The notes beneath the pieces were generated by a model, which was not told the DNA's origin, searched no databases, and saw nothing but the letters and a program-made list of their open reading frames with translations. The position numbers and the translations under genes are program-made. Positions 28,344-37,640 of a DNA stretch of 64,000 nt are shown here, piece by piece. Numbering within the stretch: position 1 is the stretch's first letter; every line of letters begins with the position of its first letter. The DNA is from Thermoproteota archaeon. Its GTDB lineage: Archaea > Thermoproteota > Thermoprotei_A > Sulfolobales > NBVN01. The stretch lies in NCBI GenBank assembly GCA_030550455.1, contig JAUQPH010000002.1:100950-164949 (forward strand), read 5' to 3'.

Positions 28344-30344
28344 TCACCTGAGGAATTTTAGCTCCCCAGTATTGCTAAGTAGCTTATAGCCTGGGTATTT
28401 AGATATCAGCTGTCTAAACTCATTAGACTTTAAGTAGTTGATTAATTGCCTTATTCCAGGTGCCTCAAGGGAGTCCACACCTACAGCAATATCGAATCTC
28501 TCGAACGCTAAAGGTACGAACTCTAGGTCGTACTTTTGAGCCACATATCTCAGTGTCAAGCCAACGTCTGCTCTGCCGGTTAGTATGCTTATTGCCACAC
28601 CACTGTGTGTTTTAGCCTCTGAGTGATATCCCTTTATCTTATTTACTAGCTCATCAAACGATAATCCAAGCTCTTTAGCTAGGTTACGTAGAGCTATGTC
28701 GAGTAATACCCTAGTGCCACTATACCTACTTCTGTTTATAAAGATAACATCATCTCTAAGTAAGTCCCGAAGATCCTTAATGTTCTTCGGATTGCCCTTA
28801 AGCGTTACAAGACCTATCTCTCTCATATACCCTACAATAAGTGCTACTCTATCTCCATAGCCAAATCTCCTGATAACTTCTTCATTATATGTCCCGGTTT
28901 CACTATCAAGAATGTGTACACCAGCAATGTCGGCCACCCCCTTTGCCACAGCATCGAGACCTGCGAGAGAACCTGCTGCTACATACTTAACCGTGAACTC
29001 GCGGCTTAATGCCTTAAGTACATCAGTGAGCAGGTAATCGTGGCTTCCTACAGCTAACACATCCGTTATCTTGCGGTTATTTAGTCTGTAAACTAAGACT
29101 TTAGTTCCGCTTTCGATGTAGGGTACCCCAGCTTTGACTCTTATAAAACCATCTGCTAGCAGCAGAGTGTTTATCGAACCCGAACGGTATCCTATCGGGA
29201 AGGCTAACATTCCTTCGGTTCCTCTTCTAATTCTAAGCACTACTGGGACTAACCTATCGACACCTAAGTAACCAGCTACTCTCTCTGCCAACACAGCTTC
29301 TTCGGAGTACGTAAAGTAGCTTCCGCGAAGCCCTAGGAGCCTTGCTACTACAGGCTTCACGAGGATGTTGAACACCATCATCATAGATAGAGGGAAACCA
29401 GGGAGTCCAAACAGCAGCTTGTTTCCAATTAGGGCAATAAAGGTAGGTTTGCCAGGTCTAACCTTCAACCCGTGGACGATTACACCCGGTTTACCGAGCT
29501 CATCTACTACTCTATACGTTATATCGCCTGCACCTGCTGAAGTACCTCCGCTAGTGATTACTACATCGCATTCGCTGATAGCCTTACGTAAAACTTCTCT
29601 TAATCGGTCTTCTCTATCCTCTACGATACCGTAAAAAACTACTTCAGCACCTAACTCTCTAAGAGCTGCCCCCATATAGTATGAGTTAGCATCATAAACC
29701 TCACCAGGCTTTAACTGCTTACCGGGTTCTACAAGCTCACTACCTATAGATACCACACCGACCTTTATCTTTCTGTAGACCTTAACCCTCGACACTCCAG
29801 TTCCAGCGAGAGTTACCAGCTCCGCCGAACCTAGTAGGGTTCCCTCGAGGGCTACTACGTCACCGGAGACTACGTCGCTTCCGCCATGAGTTACGTTCTC
29901 CCCGGGAGCTACGCTGCGATATACATAGACATAGTCTCCAACTCTTTTCGTGTGCTCAACTGGAACTACGGCATCGGCTCCTCGGGGCACCATCGCCCCA
30001 GTAGAGACTTCGACACACGTACCCGGCTCTACAGAGAATTTAGGTTGTTCACCCACACTTACCGAACCTAGGATCTTCAATTTCACCGGGTTATCTTCAT
30101 CTACACCCTCGAGGTCCGATGATCTAACGGCAAATCCATCTACTTCAGACCTATCGAAAGGTGGATAGTCGCTGACAGCAGTAATATCCTCAGCTAACAC
30201 GCGCCCCCAGGCATGGTGTAGGTCCACCTCTTCGACAGTTAGCTGCCTCGACATTAGGTATTCATCCAACTCCTTCAAAGCCTCATCTACAGTGACCAGC
30301 TTATGGAATACCTTAGCTGCCGAGGTACTATCCCTAAAAGACAT
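28344..30344 (-). CDS. moeA: molybdopterin molybdenum/tungsten transferase MoeA fused to a C-terminal periplasmic-binding-protein-like domain
   Basis: 666 aa; MoeA core (FDRSEVDGFAV, TGAMVPRGADAVV, ITSGGTSAGAGD, PGKPT, LPGFPLS) followed by about 240 aa of PBP-like domain. Confidence 0.85.
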   Translation of the reverse strand: MSFRDSTSAAKVFHKLVTVDEALKELDEYLMSRQLTVEEVDLHHAWGRVLAEDITAVSDYPPFDRSEVDGFAVRSSDLEGVDEDNPVKLKILGSVSVGEQPKFSVEPGTCVEVSTGAMVPRGADAVVPVEHTKRVGDYVYVYRSVAPGENVTHGGSDVVSGDVVALEGTLLGSAELVTLAGTGVSRVKVYRKIKVGVVSIGSELVEPGKQLKPGEVYDANSYYMGAALRELGAEVVFYGIVEDREDRLREVLRKAISECDVVITSGGTSAGAGDITYRVVDELGKPGVIVHGLKVRPGKPTFIALIGNKLLFGLPGFPLSMMMVFNILVKPVVARLLGLRGSYFTYSEEAVLAERVAGYLGVDRLVPVVLRIRRGTEGMLAFPIGYRSGSINTLLLADGFIRVKAGVPYIESGTKVLVYRLNNRKITDVLAVGSHDYLLTDVLKALSREFTVKYVAAGSLAGLDAVAKGVADIAGVHILDSETGTYNEEVIRRFGYGDRVALIVGYMREIGLVTLKGNPKNIKDLRDLLRDDVIFINRSRYSGTRVLLDIALRNLAKELGLSFDELVNKIKGYHSEAKTHSGVAISILTGRADVGLTLRYVAQKYDLEFVPLAFERFDIAVGVDSLEAPGIRQLINYLKSNEFRQLISKYPGYKLLSNTGELKFLR

Positions 30345-30630
30345 AAACTACCGTTAAATTAAGTTAGTTCACGTTCTACAGCTTTTTGAGAGCTTTCAGA
30401 CTAAACAGCATCGGGACCAAGGCAATCGAACCCTGCGTCTCTCAGCCTAAAGGTGCTGGCAGTCTCCACGTAAGGTGTCAATAACCACTGCGGACGGCTG
30501 GGTCGAAGCACCAAGTTCCGGACGACCTATAAGAACCTGCGACAGTAATCTGTGTTGCTAAGTATTTAAGCACTTCATCAGCAAGGAAACTCTTTTATAT
30601 GGCACTCTGGATGTAGTTTAGGTGAACTAA

Positions 30631-31701
30631 GTGAGAGCTGAAAACGCTGTGAGTGTGAAACTGATCTTTGCGGTTTTACTCTTTACGATGATACTGCTTG
30701 GTGTGTGCGATCAGTTTAGGCCGGCTTCCGCCGCTCCTGAGTCTTCATTAGAAGTAAGCTATGAGGACCCGGAAAATGACTCTTACGGTCCAGGTGACTA
30801 CGTCTATAACCCAGCTTATCATGAAACCTATAGAGCCGAGTACTTTGACTTAAGGAGTTTCTCAGCTAAGCTTGATGGTGACTTAATTAAGCTGACCTTA
30901 AGATTTACCAACGTGAGTAACCCACTTCAATCACCTCTGGGTTTTTCACCTCAGGTAGTGCATGTATACATAGTGGGGGCATGCGATAGCGGTCGAACTG
31001 ATACGCTAGGTCTAAACGTTAGGCTTAGAGCTATTGATGCCTGGTGTGCTTGTATAGTCATTGCCCCAAATATCGGCGACTACGTCTCTAGGGTAGTGTA
31101 TAGAGACGGAAGAACTCAAGCACTGGATAGGATTTACGCCTTAAATAACTCCATAATTGCTGAGATCCCGGCTACTCTAATAGCTGAGGCAGTTAATAAC
31201 GTAAACATTACGGCCTGGAGGTACTTTATAGCTGTATCGGCCTACGATCCATCTTCAACAGATGGACTCATAAGAATTGGGGCCGCCGGGTCGGATGCTC
31301 CTATAATACACAATAAAACAGCCGATGAGTTAAACCTGAGCTACATGCCGAGGGTCTTAGACATCCTAGCTGAATCGGTAGAGGATCAGTTGCTCATGTT
31401 AAGTACCTATTCAGCTACACATGGTGATATAGCTACTGTTGCAGCTTATCCTTACGTTAAGGGCACTCTCTTGCCCTATAAGCCTATAGTTGAGGTCATA
31501 ACTGTCACTACTACTAGGGCTGTAACGGAGACCTACGTCAGAGCCTACTACCTACCTGGAGTAACGACTACAGTAGTGGAATACGTTCAAGTACCTAAGT
31601 ACGGACTAGAGCTCTACTCTCTAGCAATAATATCCGCTATACTCGTAGTAATTCTAGCGGCAATCTTAAGCAAGGGACGGTTTCTAAGCAAGCTAGGATA
31701 G
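30631..31701 (+). CDS. secreted, C-terminally membrane-anchored protein with a glucodextranase-C-like (S-layer-associated) domain
   Basis: 356 aa; signal-like N-terminus, block YEDPENDSYGPGDYVYNPAYHETYRAEYFDLRSFS typical of that domain, Thr/Val-rich linker, C-terminal TM helix plus basic tail. Confidence 0.5.
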   Translation: MRAENAVSVKLIFAVLLFTMILLGVCDQFRPASAAPESSLEVSYEDPENDSYGPGDYVYNPAYHETYRAEYFDLRSFSAKLDGDLIKLTLRFTNVSNPLQSPLGFSPQVVHVYIVGACDSGRTDTLGLNVRLRAIDAWCACIVIAPNIGDYVSRVVYRDGRTQALDRIYALNNSIIAEIPATLIAEAVNNVNITAWRYFIAVSAYDPSSTDGLIRIGAAGSDAPIIHNKTADELNLSYMPRVLDILAESVEDQLLMLSTYSATHGDIATVAAYPYVKGTLLPYKPIVEVITVTTTRAVTETYVRAYYLPGVTTTVVEYVQVPKYGLELYSLAIISAILVVILAAILSKGRFLSKLG

Positions 31702-31802
31702 GCAAGAGATCCTCTCCAGCGAGCTTAGGAACCTCATGGTCTCAACTTTCATTATCCAACCGATTTCCCACTTAGTTAAAAGTGTATCTCGAAATTCGGG
31801 TA

Positions 31803-32078
31803 GGAGTAAGCTCTCACGTAGTTTTATATTGGTTGACTTCACTGCCTCATCTCCTTTCCCCGCATTCCGCTCGGGCTCTCGTCGGGTTTAGGGGGGTTCG
31901 AGGCGACCCCTAGCACTTCACACCTTGAGTACCTCGGGGAAAGCCGTTGTCTAGGGCATTACAGCAGCTCTCGAATCCCTCATCTAGGTACCTCCACATA
32001 TATCGCTATATACCATAGTATACCTATAGATGTTTCGACCAATACCAACCAATACAAACAGATATGAAAACCGAAACA
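31803..32078 (+). repeat. dispersed intergenic element family, copy C
   Basis: Shares the exact 27-mer TATTGGTTGACTTCACTGCCTCATCTC and GCATTCCGCTCGGG with copy A, contains GAATCCCTCATCTAGGTACC, and ends CCAACCAATACAAACAGATATGAAAACCGAAACA. Confidence 0.8.
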
Positions 32079-32243
32079 ATTGCGTGAGTCGACCGACGTC
32101 CTTAAGCCATATTGTAACTACCGACACAACTAGACACCAGTTTTAGGTGCCGAATCTTATCTTTCGGAATATTAGAAGATCGGCCTTAGAAGAATGCTGA
32201 GTTGCTTATATATCTTCGTGGACTCGTTTAGTGTTGAGGAAGT

Positions 32244-32693
32244 ATGAGTGCTTTAGATCAGAGCATGGGGAGTCCCGTAGGCAGCGAGAAGACTCTCTAT
32301 TCCCGAACTTCAGGATATTTAGAAGTAAGAGGCAAGGTCACTGAAGTAGCTAAATCTCTCATACCTAACGTAACTATATACTCTATCGACTGTGGTGACA
32401 TAAAAATAAAGTTTGATGTACAGAGCAAGCTTGTAAGGCTTAATTCTGGTGACGAAGTAGTAGTAACCATCAGTAAGAACATGCCTAACTACGAGAGGGG
32501 TGTAGACTTCGTGGCTTGGGGGTACGTTATAAGTTTAAAGCAAGGAGAATCCCTCTTCAAAATGGTCATATCGCTCTGGGGTTACATAGTAATTGTTGAA
32601 GCAACCAAGCAGGAGTTTCTCTCCGGGTTTAACTTTATGGATAAGGTATATTTTAAAATATCTTCTAAACCAAATACTTCAGCAGGTACCTAG
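32244..32693 (+). CDS. probable RNA polymerase subunit Rpo8 (RpoG)
   Basis: 149 aa; resembles crenarchaeal Rpo8 in size and in the ...ISLWGYIVIVEA...DKVYFKI... pattern. The assignment is from memory of Sulfolobus Rpo8, and the start is uncertain. Confidence 0.5.
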   Translation: MSALDQSMGSPVGSEKTLYSRTSGYLEVRGKVTEVAKSLIPNVTIYSIDCGDIKIKFDVQSKLVRLNSGDEVVVTISKNMPNYERGVDFVAWGYVISLKQGESLFKMVISLWGYIVIVEATKQEFLSGFNFMDKVYFKISSKPNTSAGT

Positions 32694-33633
32694 CTATAGC
32701 ACCCGAGAGTGCTGGAGGAACCGACTCACCGACCTGATTGTACTGCTCTTCTTTACCTCCCATGAAGACGTGGTCGTCGGGGTAGCTCATAAGTCTGGCC
32801 TGCTCTCTTACGGTAAGTAGTCGCGGTTCATACGGATGTATAAACCTAGATGAACCCATAACTGTCGGGGCTACTCTACGTGGGTCTAGTTTAACTAGGT
32901 TTGGAAAAAGACGCCCGCCATAACCTCTATACTTAACTAATGCCGCCCCAAAACCGAGCTTAGCAGCTCTCCTTAACTTTTTGGTACTTAAGGATGGAGG
33001 TGGTTCGTGGTTCGGTATGTCAGAGTCTTGGGACGGACTCGGTAGGTCTCCTATAGCGTCCCACACAGTTACTTTCTTACTAACTCTTGGGGGATCTATC
33101 CTAATATTAGATATGAAAACACGAGTTCTCTTTGACGGCACCCCGAAGTCTTCTGCTTTTAGAATGTTATAGAATATCGTTCCATACCCAGCTCTAGCGA
33201 ACTCCGCTTTTATAGCCTGCTTAAGTTCTCCCTCAATGATGCCGGGTACGTTCTCCATTACAAAAAACTTAGGTTTAACGCACTCGACAATTCTGATATA
33301 CTCTAAAACGAGAGAACCCGTAGGATCTGAGTATAGTCTATCGATAGGGTTACGTGATCGCCGAGGATTAGCCACTGTAAACGGCTCGCACGGTGGGGAA
33401 CCTATGACAACATCAACGCGAGCCCTATTGATGAGGTACACGATATCGTCACAAGATACTTCTCTTATATCTTCATTAAGAACTGTCGTTCCCGGAAAAT
33501 TAGCACTATAAGTTTTAGACACAGTTTTATCGCTGTCTATCGCTAGAAGTACCCTATAGCCTTCATCCCTAAAACCCCGCGAGAACCCACCAGCACCTGA
33601 GAATAAGTCAAGTAGAAACAGACTTACGCTCAT
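32665..33633 (-). CDS. DNA (cytosine-5) methyltransferase (Dcm family)
   Basis: 322 aa; motif I DLFSGAGGFSRGF, motif IV GSPPCEPFT, motif VI ENVPG, motif IX REQARLMSYPD, motif X GESVPP. Confidence 0.85.
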   Translation of the reverse strand: MSVSLFLLDLFSGAGGFSRGFRDEGYRVLLAIDSDKTVSKTYSANFPGTTVLNEDIREVSCDDIVYLINRARVDVVIGSPPCEPFTVANPRRSRNPIDRLYSDPTGSLVLEYIRIVECVKPKFFVMENVPGIIEGELKQAIKAEFARAGYGTIFYNILKAEDFGVPSKRTRVFISNIRIDPPRVSKKVTVWDAIGDLPSPSQDSDIPNHEPPPSLSTKKLRRAAKLGFGAALVKYRGYGGRLFPNLVKLDPRRVAPTVMGSSRFIHPYEPRLLTVREQARLMSYPDDHVFMGGKEEQYNQVGESVPPALSGAIARYLLKYLV

Positions 33634-34135
33634 CTTCTATCTCTCTACTTAGCTTATCGACTAGTCGTTTGAGAGAGTCTATGTAGGGGTTCCTATCTTC
33701 TTGAACAAGTAGCGAAGAACATTTAGGACACTTGAAGTCCGATTCGATGGCCTCGTCGAAGGACATTCTAATACCGTCGTTTAAGCACAGAAAGAACACA
33801 GTCCTCATCTCGTGGTCTAACCTTGCTTTAAGTTTCTCTAAGGTCATCCTCTTTCGGTTTAAAAGCACTTGGTTTAACCCATAAGAGTTCACAAACCAGT
33901 AGTAGACGAACCTACCATCTTCAGGAGATTGAACTCTCCTGTATACAACTAAGCCCAGATCATTAAGCTCGTAGAGCACTCTCCTCACTGTTTGCTCATC
34001 TAGGTCTGTTCTAGCTATAATGTCACTATAGCTCAGCTCTTTATCGCTGTCGAGTAGAACTTGGAATACCTTCATACCCTCACTACCTAGGTAACTCTCA
34101 ATGAACTTCAACAAACCATCAACGTGGTTGGTCAC
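33608..34135 (-). CDS. tfe: transcription factor E alpha subunit (TFE)
   Basis: 175 aa; N-terminal winged helix (DIIARTDLDEQTVRRVLYELNDLGLV) and Zn-ribbon remnant (FKCPKCSS). Confidence 0.8.
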   Translation of the reverse strand: MTNHVDGLLKFIESYLGSEGMKVFQVLLDSDKELSYSDIIARTDLDEQTVRRVLYELNDLGLVVYRRVQSPEDGRFVYYWFVNSYGLNQVLLNRKRMTLEKLKARLDHEMRTVFFLCLNDGIRMSFDEAIESDFKCPKCSSLLVQEDRNPYIDSLKRLVDKLSREIEDERKSVST

Positions 34136-34667
34136 GAACTATCACCCTTTTCTCTCGTGGGCTTGGCTCTATGTATAATTTCGCATCAGAGTAGATAAGT
34201 TTTAGCTCTTTCCCAGAGTAGAGTCTGTCCAAAAACACTGCTAAAGCAGCTACCTCAGAATGCGGCTGGTGTCCTACAGCCACGTTGTAGTCCGATATCT
34301 CGTAATACACTCTAGGAACCTTCGTGGCACCAACTATGACTAAGATATCCTTATTTAGCGACCTAATGGTATCTATCACGTCATCTATGTGTAGACCATA
34401 CATGGTCAAGTGTACGACTAATCCACCAGAATCCTTCCAACTCTTTATATAGTCTAGTGGGTTAATGCCGTCCATAACCATGAAATCCCTTCGACCCCAA
34501 ACTTCACACACTCTCTTCAATCTTTTAATAATAGCCTCGTCCTTGACGCTGGCTATAACCATCCCGGATGCCCCAAAAGCTCTAGCTACGAGTCCTACGT
34601 GTGTCGTGACTCTCATATCTCTCTTAGGTCTGTGCCCTAGTCTAAGCACTACTACTCGAGGCATCAA
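34119..34667 (-). CDS. trm56: tRNA (cytidine56-2'-O)-methyltransferase aTrm56 (SPOUT)
   Basis: 182 aa; VVVLRLGHRPKRDMRVTTHVGLVARAFGA, HLTMYG, VGATKVP, NVAVGHQPHSEVAALAVFLDRL closely match the aTrm56 family. Confidence 0.8.
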   Translation of the reverse strand: MMPRVVVLRLGHRPKRDMRVTTHVGLVARAFGASGMVIASVKDEAIIKRLKRVCEVWGRRDFMVMDGINPLDYIKSWKDSGGLVVHLTMYGLHIDDVIDTIRSLNKDILVIVGATKVPRVYYEISDYNVAVGHQPHSEVAALAVFLDRLYSGKELKLIYSDAKLYIEPSPREKRVIVRDQPR

Positions 34668-34778
34668 ATAAGATATAGATTTGTAGATATTACATAGCTT
34701 AATTTACTGATTAACCTACAGTGTATTAAGGCGCAACCAACTCTAGGTTTAACTCGATCGTGATTTATGGTGAAAACG

Positions 34779-35306
34779 TTAAGGCTTGAACCATCTTAGA
34801 ACTACGTAGCTGATTTCCCTGCTCTTTTGGTCTGGTACCGCTAGCAGCAGGGTCTTTTTGACGCTATGTGAAATCCTCCCCCAACCAACTATGTCTCCAG
34901 GGTCTAGTTGCTGGTTCTCAGAAACTACCTTTACTAAGAATGGTGCGTGCTCTAGACCAGGTCTAGTTCTATATACAGCAAAATCCGCGCCATACTTAAG
35001 TGCGGATCGAACGGTAAACCCCTGAGACCTAATGTCCTCGTATACTGCGTAAAGCTCTTCGAAGTTACTGAATGCTCGGCTAACAATTCTCTGGAGTTCT
35101 TCCTCACTGATCTCCGCGTTTCCGGAGTATACCTTTAAGATCCCCTGTCTCAACAAAAATATGGCTTCTAGTAAAGAGAGTTCCAGGGGTACTTCTATGT
35201 TTGTATCTCTAGGTTTTCTCACACCAACGGGCTTGCCGTAGAACCCGTGTGTAAATAAGCACCTAGCTTTCTCTATATCAAAGACGACTACCTTTGAGCC
35301 TATCAA
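34779..35306 (-). CDS. endA: tRNA-splicing endonuclease, catalytic subunit
   Basis: 175 aa; C-terminal catalytic domain (GADFAVYRTRPGLEHAPFLVKV ... VKKTLLLAV). Confidence 0.85.
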   Translation of the reverse strand: MIGSKVVVFDIEKARCLFTHGFYGKPVGVRKPRDTNIEVPLELSLLEAIFLLRQGILKVYSGNAEISEEELQRIVSRAFSNFEELYAVYEDIRSQGFTVRSALKYGADFAVYRTRPGLEHAPFLVKVVSENQQLDPGDIVGWGRISHSVKKTLLLAVPDQKSREISYVVLRWFKP

Positions 35307-35337
35307 GTACCCATTAACAGGTCCACACGACTTGAGC

Positions 35338-35994
35338 TCACTTAAACGATGAGAGAAACCAGATATAGGTAGCCACCCTCTTAGCTATATCAGCTGAATC
35401 CTCGAGCTTGTCTAAAGCTTCCTTAAGTATAGACGCCCCAACGAAGTCTCCCGATATCTTCAAGCACTCTAATCCTCCTTCTCTATAGAGTTCGTCAATA
35501 GAGTCCTCAATTTTCACCGCCTCTGAAAACATCTCCTTAATGACCTTATTGTTGTCTACATTTCGGATCATATCGCTCAGCAAGTCTATAAGCGACATTA
35601 TCTTCTTAGATACTTCACTAATTATCACGTAGATCTTGTCCGGTATCTTGCTGCCAAGCTTGTTGACTAGGAATATTCTGTAAGCAGCAGCTTCGAGATC
35701 CTCGGCTATTCTCATGGTTTCGTCGATAACCATCACGTAAAGTTCACGTGAGGATATGTACTCAGACACTTTGATAAAGTACTCCATCAAGCTCATAGAT
35801 GCAGTCTCGATGTCGTTCTTCAGCTTTCTGACTTTGTCGTATCTCTTTTCAACGAGTAAACTCTGAGTAAGGTCTGTTTCTCTAATCATAGTGTTTAGCT
35901 CTCTCATTTCATCAGACATCAGTCTATAGATACCCATGAGTTGCTCAACTATATTAGATTCAGCTAGACTCACTTCAGCACTTGAGTAACTCAT
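35338..35994 (-). CDS. DUF47/PhoU-like helical protein
   Basis: 218 aa, all-helical, with repeated E/D-rich helices as in the TIGR00153/DUF47 family; assignment tentative. Confidence 0.4.
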   Translation of the reverse strand: MSYSSAEVSLAESNIVEQLMGIYRLMSDEMRELNTMIRETDLTQSLLVEKRYDKVRKLKNDIETASMSLMEYFIKVSEYISSRELYVMVIDETMRIAEDLEAAAYRIFLVNKLGSKIPDKIYVIISEVSKKIMSLIDLLSDMIRNVDNNKVIKEMFSEAVKIEDSIDELYREGGLECLKISGDFVGASILKEALDKLEDSADIAKRVATYIWFLSSFK

Positions 35995-36050
35995 CTTAGT
36001 CTCCCAAGAGTGTGTTTTAAGAGATATTTAAATATATCTTACTGCTGGGC

Positions 36051-36098
36051 GACTTGAGAGCATCAAGCATCGCTCTTCTAGCGATGCTGTGTCAAGTC
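36051..36098. other. nested perfect hairpin in a divergent promoter region
   Basis: GACTTGA(36051-57) ... AGCATCGCT(36066-74) cttct AGCGATGCT(36080-88) gtg TCAAGTC(36092-98): a 9-bp inner stem and a 7-bp outer stem. Confidence 0.5.
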
Positions 36099-36172
36099 AC
36101 TCCCCAACCGATACGTAGATACTTTAGCAAGCTAAATTTGTTGTGGCGACATATCGTAGTTGAGGTGAGAGG

Positions 36173-37180
36173 TTGGAGCTCCCAGAGCGTCTTGCGAGTC
36201 TAGCAAACACTGTTAGCTCCATGACCTATAGAAGGATAGAGGAGTTAGTGTCCGGACACCCTAGAGAGCTTTATGATGCCTCTATGCACTTGATTAGAGC
36301 TGGTGGTAAGAGACTTAGACCTTTACTCGTCGTTCTCGCCTCTAAAATGTATGGACTCTCGCTAGAGATCTCGTCATGGGCAGCAGCTGCTGTTGAGATA
36401 TTCCATAATTTCACGCTAGTACATGATGACATAATGGACAGGGACGAGTTCAGAAGGGGGGTTCCAACGGTTCACAAAATCTGGGGTGAAGCTCTTGCTA
36501 TAGTAGCCGGTGACCTCCTTTTTGCGAAGTCGTATGAAGCCCTCTTGAGGTTGCTAGACTATGGCTTAAGCTACGAAAGGATTGTTTCGGCAATTAGGGA
36601 GTTAACTTGGGCAGCTGCAACTGTTGCTGAAGGGCAAGCATTAGATGTGCTCTTTACCTCTAGAGACAACGTCACCGTAAGTGAATACATAGAAATGGTT
36701 AAGAAGAAGACGGCTGGGTTATTCAGGTCTTCCGTGCTTATAGGCGCCATTATTGCTGGTGCTTCCGACGACGAGTTAGCTAAGCTAGCTGAGTTTGCTA
36801 TAGATATCGGCATAGCGTTTCAAATCAGAGACGATGAACTAGGTCTAGTAGCAGACGAAAAAACGTTAGGTAAGCCTAAGTATAGCGACCTCAGAGAGGG
36901 AAAGAAGACAGTACTCGTTCTCTATGCTCTAGAAAGAGCTAGTGAGGAACAGAGAAGGATCATACTAAATTCTCTTGGGAGGAGTAGCGCAACACGAGAT
37001 GAGCTCGAAAGGGTAGCTAAGACAATAGTTGAAATCGGTGCTCTAGATTTCAGTAACAAGCTCGCAGAGGAGTTCATAAGGAAGGGTATAGAGGCCCTAT
37101 ATTTAACGAATCCCAGAGATCATGAAGCTAGAGAAATGCTTAGAGACCTTGCTTATTACGTGACTAGGCGATCGTACTAG
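36173..37180 (+). CDS. geranylgeranyl diphosphate synthase (polyprenyl synthetase family)
   Basis: 335 aa; first Asp-rich motif LVHDDIMD, second RDDELG, KRLRP. Confidence 0.9.
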   Translation: MELPERLASLANTVSSMTYRRIEELVSGHPRELYDASMHLIRAGGKRLRPLLVVLASKMYGLSLEISSWAAAAVEIFHNFTLVHDDIMDRDEFRRGVPTVHKIWGEALAIVAGDLLFAKSYEALLRLLDYGLSYERIVSAIRELTWAAATVAEGQALDVLFTSRDNVTVSEYIEMVKKKTAGLFRSSVLIGAIIAGASDDELAKLAEFAIDIGIAFQIRDDELGLVADEKTLGKPKYSDLREGKKTVLVLYALERASEEQRRIILNSLGRSSATRDELERVAKTIVEIGALDFSNKLAEEFIRKGIEALYLTNPRDHEAREMLRDLAYYVTRRSY

Positions 37181-37190
37181 CGGTGGTTTT

Positions 37191-37640
37191 TTGTCCCTAA
37201 AGCCCGGCGAGGCATCAGCTAAGGTTTTAAAAGACTTAGACGAGATACTAAAGTACTATAGACCGATAGAATGCTATGTAGAGAACACTAAGATAGATTG
37301 TCACGAGCTAGCTCTCGAGTTGATTGAGAAACAGCGTGTCGAGGCGGATCTCATGGTGTGTAACAGAAAGAGCGACGTTTGTCTTCGTTTAGCTAGAGAC
37401 TCGAAGGTAGCTATAGTAGAGGTATCCGGCTCAGAAGTTTACCCACGGGTAGATATAGGTGATTATGTGAGATTTAACGATTTACTGGCTTACGTAATAA
37501 CAGGCAAAGGTGAAGTTAGAAGTAAGAGGTCTGCCTTAGAGGGTTATGTTGTGTTGCTATACGAGGACCCAACATCAAGACCGTTAAAGTGCTACATATT
37601 GATATCTACAGAGGGGGATGTGGTAAGTGGAAGTCGATAA
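37191..37640 (+). CDS. hypothetical protein with C-terminal lipoyl/biotinyl-like barrel signature
   Basis: 149 aa; C-terminal VDIGDYVRFNDLLAYVITGKGEVRSKRSALEGYVV resembles hybrid-barrel domains; overlaps the gltX start by 14 nt. Confidence 0.35.
   Translation: MSLKPGEASAKVLKDLDEILKYYRPIECYVENTKIDCHELALELIEKQRVEADLMVCNRKSDVCLRLARDSKVAIVEVSGSEVYPRVDIGDYVRFNDLLAYVITGKGEVRSKRSALEGYVVLLYEDPTSRPLKCYILISTEGDVVSGSR

Noticed and set aside
30452-30512. Possible additional copy of the repeat family upstream of moeA (minus strand GCAGTGGTTATTGACACC resembles copy F GAGTGATGTTATTGACCC)
   Set aside because: Similarity is limited to about 15 nt, and neither terminus nor the other conserved blocks are present.
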